A DNA stretch of 64,000 nt from Rhina ancylostomus. Its lineage: Eukaryota. The position numbers were made by a program, and so were the translations under genes. Below the pieces are notes generated by a model. That model saw only the letters and a program-made list of their open reading frames with translations. It had not been told where the DNA came from and did not search any database. Every line of letters begins with the position of its first letter. Within the stretch, counting starts at the first letter, position 1. The DNA lies in the NCBI GenBank assembly GCA_030265395.1, contig JARFYF010000001.1:31092957-31156956 (forward strand). The letters are read 5' to 3'. This document shows positions 54,832 to 64,000 of the stretch, piece after piece.

Positions 54832-55948
54832 GTAAGTAAATTAAACAGAACATAATGAGTTTTTGAATTATTTTTATTTAATTGTTGTCAAGATAAATTT
54901 CAAATATATGAAACAGGTACTTTTTATATTCATAATGTAGTTAAAACAGCAGAATAATTATATTGACTGTATTTATTCTTCTTTCTCATAGCAATATTTT
55001 AATTACAGTAGGTTATAGAAATATAAATTGCAGTATAAATTCAGCATTTTGGTATTTGGATAAGTACAATGAGCAAATGCTCATAACTAAAAGCAAGTGC
55101 AGACAGAAGTTCAGTAAATGATGAGGAAAGTGGAATTACCTTCAAGGTGACAGGACAAATGCAGATGGAAATAGATATCTGGCCTGCCTAAGCTCACTCA
55201 AATGTAACTGATTCTTCAGTAGATCATGTTTTTTTTCTCGTTTCATTACAGAGGACAGATTGGAGTGCAGTTCAATGATAAAGACCTAATGCAGGCAAAT
55301 GGGATTAGTGTAGATAGGCAAAATGGTTGGCATAAACATGGTGGATAAAAGGTCCAGTTTCTGTGCTGTATGACTCTATGCTTCTATGATTTTATAGTTT
55401 TAAATGCTTCAACAGCAGCAACAATTTAAATTCAGAAACATTTTTAGGTGTAGAAATTGGTTCTTGTTGTGCATACTTTCTGGGTAAGTTGTGTACCTGA
55501 GGCTATTTTTGAGTTACAAATTGGTTCTTGTTGTGCATATTTTCTGGGTAAGTCGTGTACCTAAGACCATATTAGAGGTGCTGCTGCATTCCTTGTTGTA
55601 ATAATGTCACCATATTCTCTGCATGTTTCCCTTGCTTTATCTATTTCCTATTGTGTAAGCAAATGTATTAAGTCCTGAGATGTTCAGCACTTAAATATAG
55701 ATTAACATTTGGCATATATACTGGAGAAATGGGCATAGTTTAGGTACTCAGTATATAATACTTTTTGGGCTTTTATAGGTGATTTTATCCATTTGGTAAC
55801 AATATGTGAACATTATGGCTATAGTAATGCAAAACATCATTGTTCAGTTTAGAATTAAGACAGTGTCAAAGTAAAATCTCCACTAGAAATGCAAAAGGTA
55901 TTCAAAGTAGCATATCATACTTAATACATAAATATATAATTATTTTAG

Positions 55949-56029
55949 GGTGCTGATGGACTTGGATCTGTGCCTGTCAAACCTTCAGAAATAACAATGA
56001 GTCGCGTGGTACCATACTTCACCCTAAAG
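55949..56029 (+). CDS. CFAP221: CFAP221 coding exon 16 (GADGLGSVPVKPSEITMSRVVPYFTLK)
   Basis: tattttag| ... |gttagg, 81 bp, phase 0->0. Confidence 0.93.
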
Positions 56030-56232
56030 GTTAGGTACTTCGTTATTATTCTTAAGTTATTTTCAATGGTGCATAGTGTCAGAATTATGCTTTTAATACA
56101 TTTGAAATAATGTTAAATATGTTAAGCAAAGTATTTAAGAAATGTTTTGAAAGCTTTCATTTCATTATTTAAATTGATCTTTGGTCTTTTTTAATGTATT
56201 CTTTTATCTTAAGCAATTTATAAATTTTACAG

Positions 56233-56493
56233 GCTTTTCATCGTTATAAGATAATGGATTATGAACAATATTCTACTCAGTATTCTTCATTCAGATANNN
56301 NNNNNNNNNNNNNNNNNNNNNNNNNNNNNNNNNNNNNNNNNNNNNNNNNNNNNNNNNNNNNNNNNNNNNNNNNNNNNNNNNNNNNNNNNNNNNNNNNTAT
56401 AAGATAATGGATTATGAACCATATTCTACTCAGTATTCTTCATTCAGATATGTTCCATTAACTTTGGCACGGCCCCTCAGGACAGGAGCAGAG
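56233..56493 (+). CDS. CFAP221: CFAP221 coding exon 17 (AFHRYKIMDYE[Q/P]YSTQYSSFRYVPLTLARPLRTGAE); split by an artefactual 100-N gap, true length about 108 bp
   Basis: ttttacag| ... |gtaatc; 53 bp repeated on both sides of gap 56298-56397. Confidence 0.88.
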
Positions 56494-58087
56494 GTAATCT
56501 TTAATTTAGCATACATCTTGGGAATATAAATATAAAATCTATCCTTTGTTATCAAGAATGGAATTAAGATTTAGGAAACATTCAAGAATGTAACTTCATA
56601 ACTTGGCCATTAAATATCTCAATTAAGAATTTTACATGTCATCTAAGTTCCAATTTAAATGGGGAAAATGTTTGTAAGATGTTGCACCTTTAATGTCCAT
56701 TCATTTTCCAAACTTATTCATCTCTTATCCAGTTAAGATGAGCAACTATAGATCTGGCAATTTCTGCTTGTGGAAAAAATTGCCAGAACTGCACAGATTG
56801 CAAGAAAACGATTGCAGTATATTCATCTGCTCTGAGTAGTCTTGATATTTTGGACCAGAAAAGAAGCAGAATCTCCTCAGAAAGGACATACTCATGCTAG
56901 TTGACCTTACTGAAATTAAGTTATTAAAAATATCTGGGATGATCATTATTAATGGAAGCAAATATCATATACTGATAAATGATGCACTTATTTCTTTATA
57001 AATAACTGAATCAGATATGAACTAATCTTTTATTGAGTTGCTGCAGATTGGCTGCAGCTGGTTTAAATGAAGGGGGTGATTGGGGGAACGGCAGTCAGGG
57101 ATCAATCTCAACAAATCCATGCCTGTTTTGCACCACATGTAAACAAATGTTCAACCTTATAGGAAACATAATGAGCATTGATTGTTTTTAAAAATGAAGT
57201 ATTAAAATCTATCCTAATGGCATGCTATTTGCACATTGTCGAAATCAATAGGAAACAGTGGGGGCAAGACATCTCCTGATGTGATGGAAAGTCAGCTTTT
57301 CAAAGGTTAAGAGCTTGATTTACCTCTTACTGCACCTATAACAAATGGGTAGGATTTGATTTTCCAAATGTATCAATTCCCCCATTACATCTAATCAATT
57401 TCCCAGACTAAGGATCATTAAGTATTAATGATGAATCCACCATCAGATCCAAGTAAATAGCAAGTGTTTTAGTAGAAATGCCGCAACAGTGCCAGGAAAG
57501 GTAAAGGCCATTTGTAACAATTAACCATAAAAATCCTTGGTCAACACTGAGATGTTCAACAGGTAAGTACTGGGGGTAACATAAAAGAACAGGAAACTGT
57601 TGAAAGGCCATCTCACTCCATCAGGATTAGTTCCAGACTTCATCTGGCAGCCATCAGGAGCTGTAAGAACAGAGGTGGATTGGGAAGGCCATGGTGGGAA
57701 GGGAAATTAAGGTGGAAAGAGGAAAAAGTTAGAAAGACACAAGTGTCATATAGCTAAGAAACAGACTCTTTGACCATGCTGATGATCAAGTATCCATCTG
57801 TACTAATCTTATTTGATAGCACTTGACCCATAGCCCTATTAGTGAGTTATCATGTTACTGTTAGTTATAAGGGAAAAGTTATTGTCAGTGGACATCCATT
57901 TAGGGAGCAGATTATTTCTGATGGCAATTTCTCAGTTACCACATTGAGCTGTAGATATACGGCACCAGCAGTTCCTAACTCAACAGTAAAAGGGGGCATT
58001 GACTGTCTTTTCATAATTATTATTGCAAATTCCAATCCAGTTTTTTTAAACATTTTTTAAATGTTATTTTTAATGTTTATTGTACAG

Positions 58088-58267
58088 GATGAATGCATCT
58101 CAATATCACTAAATGGCAAAAAACATTTTGAAACTGACACACATTTGGATGAACAGCACATGATAAAAGCTTCAGGAAAGGATGAAAAATTAGTCTCTGG
58201 CATATCGACTTTATTTCCTCCTGAAGGGTTACTCAAACGACCAGACTATCATCCATTATATGTGTTT
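58088..58267 (+). CDS. CFAP221: CFAP221 coding exon 18 (DECISISL...PPEGLLKRPDYHPLYVF)
   Basis: tgtacag| ... |gtaagt, 180 bp, phase 0->0. Confidence 0.92.
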
Positions 58268-58764
58268 GTAAGTAATAAGTGCAAAATTTCCATTATAGCT
58301 TAAAATACCTTTCCTTTATTTTACTGGCACTGAAACATCATTGCCTGATACCCTAACAGCATTAATGCAAGGTTCCCAGTGCAGTGTTATTAGGCTATCT
58401 TGTGTAAATGTTCACTATGTCAGTTCCTCCAGCAATTTGTAAGTTTTGGGTCAGTTTTGGTACATTTTATTGTGTTTGTCCATTGCAAGCCCTCACAACT
58501 GTGACCTCAGTAGCGATCCGTTAAAGGGATCTCCGCAATACAATCAATGCTCTTCATACTACTGGAGAATATCTCCATTTCAAAAATATATGCTGCAATA
58601 ATAGGAGAGGTTCCCAGGAGCTTGGAGGGACCTGGACAGGGCGGAGGAGAACAATTCTGCAGGCAGCCTGTTCTTTGTGCAATGGGGTCACAGAGATACT
58701 CAAGGATTACAGCTGTTTTCCTGAGAAGTCTCTCTAGGGGGTTAATACCAATTAAGTTCTGTCT

Positions 58765-59100
58765 GTGAATGCCTATACTTTGGAGATGACTACAATTCAG
58801 TAAAATCCCCATGCTTTGACCACTTTGACCACAGCTCTGGGCTAAAGAAAAGGTAAATGAATTTTTCTTGCATAGGAACTTGGGTGATCTCCACAGTGCA
58901 GCAGTGAGCAACAAACTGGAAGGAGTGGCATGGATCAACAGTAGCAGCCTTGAATAATTCTTCGGCTAGGAAGCTGAGAATAACTACTACCTTGACTTTT
59001 GAGGGCAAAGCAGTCCAGGCACATGAGCTTGCACTTCAGGTTGCAGGAGGCCACAGATCTCAGTGAGACTGTTTTGGTGAAGCCTAACCTGCATTGACAA
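58765..59100 (-). mobile_element. Fossil PIF/Harbinger DDE transposase fragment
   Basis: Across frameshifts: CRLGFTK / LTEICGLLQPEVQ / TALPSKVKVVVILSFLAEELFKAATVDPCHSFQFVAHCCTVEIT / AWGFY*IVVISKV, resembling recalled HARBI1-like transposases. Confidence 0.65.
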
Positions 59101-59114
59101 TGACTGGATATTAG

Positions 59115-59455
59115 ATAGCCTGATAGTATTGGTACTGGATTATTGTTCTAATGATGCAAATTTAGATTGCATTATGGCAATTAAATTCAATTAATTAATT
59201 AAAAGATCTACATTAGTAATGATGACCATGAAACTGTCAGATTGTGTAAAAATACACCCAGCTTGTTCATGTCCTTTGAGGAAAGAATTCCATTGTCCTT
59301 TTCAAAGCTGATCTAACTCCAGAACAATGTCTATAAGGCTACCTTGTAGCATTTGAATGTTCTTAGAAATGGTTCAGTCATGCCAAATATCTATGAAAGC
59401 AATTAAGAGATGGATAATAACTGCTGGCCACATCCTTTGAATCCTAGTGAAGCCT
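59115..59455 (+). mobile_element. Old tRNA-derived SINE with L2-like tail
   Basis: agtaatgatgaccatgaaactgtcagattg..atgtcctttgaggaaag..gcaattaagagatgga. Confidence 0.55.
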
Positions 59456-61044
59456 TGTCCTGTAAATTAATTTGAAAAAAGACAACACAAGATGATAATG
59501 TATTGAACGTTTGGCATGTAATGAATAAATTAGCGGAGGAAAACTTTGAAAGGGACCCAGGAATCATGATGGACCTTCATTGTCTAGATAAAATAGCAAA
59601 GCAAAAAATAAACTTTAGTTGAATATTGAAATACATATCTAAATAGGTAGAAAACAGGTTAGTTTTAAATTTAACCACAAAATCCCACTCCTGTCTGCCT
59701 AGAATTATCGACAGGTAATTGAAAGAACCATCCACAGGAATGAAAACTTAACCTTAAGAGCAGCACTTTCCATGGAAGTAAAACTTGACAAAATGTTGAT
59801 ATTCCAATGCTGAGGAAACTGAGTGATTTATTGATTGTGACATGAAGTGAATACTTCTATAAAATTTGCTTGAATTATTAATATTTGTGCAAACCTTGTA
59901 AATTAAGGCTGAAACATCAACAATGTACACACCTGGAAATGGAAAGTGCACTGCTTGCTTCCATACTGGTTTGATTTTCATAGATGGCTCCCACCTGGAC
60001 AGTGAGCCTAGATACTAGGAGGTGGTATTATCTGCCCTGTTATATTAACAAGGGAAGTAATCATTTAAAAACAAGTGGCATTTTGTCTGATGAGGAAAAA
60101 TGTTCATCTTGCAAAGAGAACCTCCTCATAACCCATTATAATGCAGACTTATGATTTTCCACATTTTTTCACTTTAGCCTAAATGTTCTAATCATGGTCT
60201 AAATTTGGTCCTGGGACCTGTCAATTCAAGATCATGATGGAAGTGTCTGATCTCTGTTCACAGGATTCATACTTTGGAGCATTCCTGCACACTGAAATTT
60301 CTATTCCATAGTTCTGCAGAAAATTGTTGTTTGGATATTTATGATGTTCCCTATTCTTAGCTCATTAACATTTATCCTTCAACAACAGCTGATTTATGGA
60401 TTTTTTAGGATGATACCTGGAAATGGCTGAAAATGCAGGGGANNNNNNNNNNNNNNNNNNNNNGGTCCAATACAGAACATAGGGCAGAGGATAATCATTA
60501 GTAGGGAAACTGCAGGCTGAAAGAGGGGACACCCAAAGAGTGCTATGAAGTCCGGAACATGCTGGTAAACTCCTTCATACAGTTAAATCACAATTTTCCC
60601 GTTTGGTGTGGTTTGCTGTGGATAATATTCTGGATGACGGAAAAAGTACAGAAAATTAAGTCGAAATTTCATTCAATAATATTTATAATCTTTAACCTTA
60701 TCTTTTGCTAGAACCTTGTTCCTGATCTTTGTGCATTTAAGACACCTCTTTCGTTCGCTGAAACAGATCTGGAATTTCACCTTTGTCCTCTGCCAAGATA
60801 CGTCATAGACAGCAAAGATAGAAGTAATTTTGCAAGCACACAGAAGAAATTTCTTGATCGAGATGTAAGGAGCTGTGGTCATTTGCTTTATTTTAAATTA
60901 AAATTAAAATCTCAGTATTTTATCTAATATTATCCTATCAAATTAAATGAAGGAAAAAAGAAAATCAAGTCTTCTTATATTCATGAGAACACTAGAGTGT
61001 GGAATTAAGATAGCAGGAAGGCTATTCAAAGGAGGCTTCCTATA

Positions 61045-61992
61045 ATGGAAGCACCTCCTCCAACCTTGTCTACGGCATTTGCTGCTCCCAATTTGGCCTC
61101 CTCTACACTGGGGAGACCAATCACATACCAGGTGACCAGTTTGCAGAGCACCTACTCTCTGTCTGCAATGGCCATGCTGAGCTCCTGGTTGCATGCCATT
61201 TTAAACTCCTTTTCCCATTCCCGCACCAACCTCTGGTCCTTGGCCTTCTCCATTGCCAGGGTGAGGCCCACACAAACCCATAAGATCAACACTTTCTATT
61301 CCACCTGGTTAGTATACAACTCAATGATATGAACATTGAATTTTCCAATTCCAGGTTACCTTATCTTCTCTCTGTCTCTCTGATTCACCTCCAGTCCTCC
61401 CATTTTTGTTCCCTTTCTCATACACACCTCCAGCCCCTTATCAACCATTTTCATTCCCCCCTCCCCCTTTTGGTTTCATCCACCTACTACCCACATCCTT
61501 CACCTTCCATATTGACTCCCCCATCTGGTTCAATCTGCCCTTCATCTCTCCCTTAATGGCTCCTTTATATACCAGATTCCAAAACTTGCAGCTTTTGTGT
61601 CCCTGCTTTTCATCCTCCAGCTTCTGTTTTCAACTTTGCTCTCCCCTACCCTCACCTGAATCCATCCGCCTCTTTTGTTTTTCCCGTATCTGCTTCCACC
61701 TATCAAGTACTGTATCTGACTTCCAACTCCACCCCTCTTCCACCCTACCTGACTCCTTCTGCCTATCATCCATCACCCCTCCTTGGTCCAACTATCACCT
61801 ATCAGCCCTTGAATCACCCCTCCCCCCTCTCCACTATATACTGTCTATCTTCCCTCCCTATTCTCAGTCCTAATGCAGGGTCTCGATCCAAAATGTTGAC
61901 AATTCCTCTCCCCTCTCAGATGCTACTCAACATGCTGGCTTCCTCCAGGAATTTATTTTCTCACTCCAGGTTCCAGCATCTGTAGTCTCTTA
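61045..61992 (+). mobile_element. Penelope-like element 3' part (GIY-YIG remnant, pyrimidine-rich spacer, terminal repeat)
   Basis: TSSNLVYGICCSQFGLLYTG..GDQFAEHLLSV..LLVACHF; ends cagggtctcgatccaaaatgttgac..cagatgctactc..ttccagcatctgtagt. Confidence 0.8.
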
Positions 61993-62880
61993 TGTCATCA
62001 AAAGAATCCCATTCATTCCATTGATGTTCATTAGAAAAAGACACTGTCCTAATCTAATATCAGGTGGGNNNNNNNNNNNNNNNNNNNNNNNNNNNNNNNN
62101 NNNNNNNNNNNNNNNNNNNNNNNNNNNNNNNNNNNNNNNNNNNNNNNNNNNNNNNNNNNNNNNNNNNNNNNNNNNNNNNNNNNNNNNNNNNNNNNNNNNN
62201 NNNNNNNNNNNNNNNNNNNNNNNNNNNNNNNNNNNNNNNNNNNNNNNNNNNNNNNNNNNNNNNNNNNNNNNNNNNNNNNNNNNNNNNNNNNNNNNNNNNN
62301 NNNNNNNNNNNNNNNNNNNNNNNNNNNNNNNNNNNNNNNNNNNNNNNNNNNNNNNNNNNNNNNNNNNNNNNNNNNNNNNNNNNNNNNNNNNNNNNNNNNN
62401 NNNNNNNNNNNNNNNNNNNNNNNNNNNNNNNNNNNNNNNNNNNNNNNNNNNNNNNNNNNNNNNNNNNNNNNNNNNNNNNNNNNNNNNNNNNNNNNNNNNN
62501 NNNNNNNNNNNNNNNNNNNNNNNNNNNNNNNNNNNNNNNNNNNNNNNNNNNNNNNNNNNNNNNNNNNNNNNNNNNNNNNNNNNNNNNNNNNNNNNNNNNN
62601 NNNNNNNNNNNNNNNNNNNNNNNNNNNNNNNNNNNNNNNNNNNNNNNNNNNNNNNNNNNNNNNNNNNNNNNNNNNNNNNNNNNNNNNNNNNNNNNNNNNN
62701 NNNNNNNNNNNNNNNNNNNNNNNNNNNNNNNNNNNNNNNNNNNNNNNNNNNNNNNNNNNNNNNNNNNNNNNNNNNNNNNNNNNNNNNNNNNNNNNNNNNN
62801 NNNNNNNNNNNNNNNNNNNNNNNNNNNNNNNNNNNNNNNNNNNNNNNNNNNNNNNNNNNNNNNNNNNNNNNNNNNNNNNN

Positions 62881-62913
<33 letters not shown>
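62881..62913 (+). repeat. (CT)n microsatellite at the edge of an 812-N gap
   Basis: Seen directly. Confidence 0.95.
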
Positions 62914-62917
<4 letters not shown>

Positions 62918-64000
62918 TGACTCCGACTGACTGCTTCAAAAACATTACATCCTTTATCTTCTGTTGTCAATTCTGGACACCACTTCAGGAAAGACAATTT
63001 TGTTTTGAAAATGATACAACAGGGATTCATCAGAATGGCTGCAGGTGTGAAGGATAACAGATATATTGGTGGACTCAAACCTCAGAGTCGTCTCTTTGCC
63101 TAGAAGTATTTTCATGCATTTCTGCCTTTTGATGGAATTTAGGTTACAGGTACACAACCACCTTCTTGAGGGAAATCAGAAATGTGTTGGCCTTAGTAGC
63201 AATGACTATATCCCATGTTTGAAAGTTTAAAAATGAAACTTGGTGATTTTTGTATTATCTGTTAATTCTAGTTCTCGTTTCTTGTTTATCCACCCTATTG
63301 TATTTACAAAGGGTAGCTCCATTAGCTGCAGATTGGCAGTTGGAAGGCTGCTGAGATTCCTTTCAAAACACTTGAATAGCTTTGGTTCTTGAGGACTTAG
63401 ATTCAGATGGTAGCATTGTGTTGTTGGCCAGGTCAAGGTAATGTGACACAATTGACAAAAGCAGAGCAGCAAAGCCTTTAACTTCCTAACCAGTTTGAAG
63501 ATTAATCAGAAACATACTAGCCTAGAAACAAGTTTATAGTAGTCCTTTTACAGGAATCAAAGGGGTGAGGTGACAAAATAGATATTGGAGAGCATAGCTA
63601 CATTAGTGGACACTTGACGGGTTCATTTACACAGAACACATGAAGATATTTGCTGCCAAGTATGGAATTTACAAACATATGAATTAGGAGCAAGATGTAG
63701 GCGACTGAGGCCCTCAAGCCTGCTTCACTATTCAATAGGTCATGGCTGATCAGAATATAACTTCAGTTCTGCATTCTCATCTACATTTCAGCTTCTGTCC
63801 TCAAGGATCTACTTCTGCCTTTGTAATATTTGAAAATGATGCTGTCACCTCCCTTTGAGAAAGAGAGTTCCTAAACTTACAATCCTCCTAAGAGGAAAAA
63901 ATATGACATTTTTAAATATGTATCATTGATTCCACATTCTCCCACGACATAAGACTCCTATTATCTCTTTCCACAGATGCTGCTTGACAGGCTGAATTTT

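Noticed and set aside
58507-58938. 143-aa minus-strand ORF as a nested gene
   Set aside because: No recognisable protein; it overlaps the decayed Harbinger remnant in another frame.
61990-63078. Longest ORFs in the track (288-362 aa)
   Set aside because: Almost entirely X from the 812-N gap plus a CT microsatellite.

Overview
AT-rich, repeat-rich vertebrate genomic DNA from a gapped draft assembly (10 N-runs). The repeat content (CR1, L2, Rex/Babar, RTE, Penelope, V-SINE and DeuSINE-type elements) suggests a cartilaginous fish; this is inference. The window is spanned by a + strand CFAP221 (PCDP1) gene: 18 coding exons from ATG 1012 to 58267, all with GT-AG sites and compatible phases. The remaining 3' exons were not found and lie beyond the window or in a gap. 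Two anomalies stand out. (1) Six intact, intron-separated CUL2 exons (20817-29514, + strand) sit inside CFAP221 coding intron 9, without the CUL2 5' exons or terminal exon. The left edge abuts N-gaps, but the right edge runs gap-free into CFAP221 exon 10, so this is either a mis-assembly or a real captured gene fragment. (2) CFAP221 coding exon 12 carries an in-frame TGA (44679-44681). Other observations: a GC-AG intron in CUL2, three near-perfect fold-back hairpins, a fossil PIF/Harbinger transposase, Penelope remnants with hammerhead-like cores, and assembly artefacts. All homology calls come from recalled protein and repeat motifs, not database searches. Repeat boundaries are approximate.
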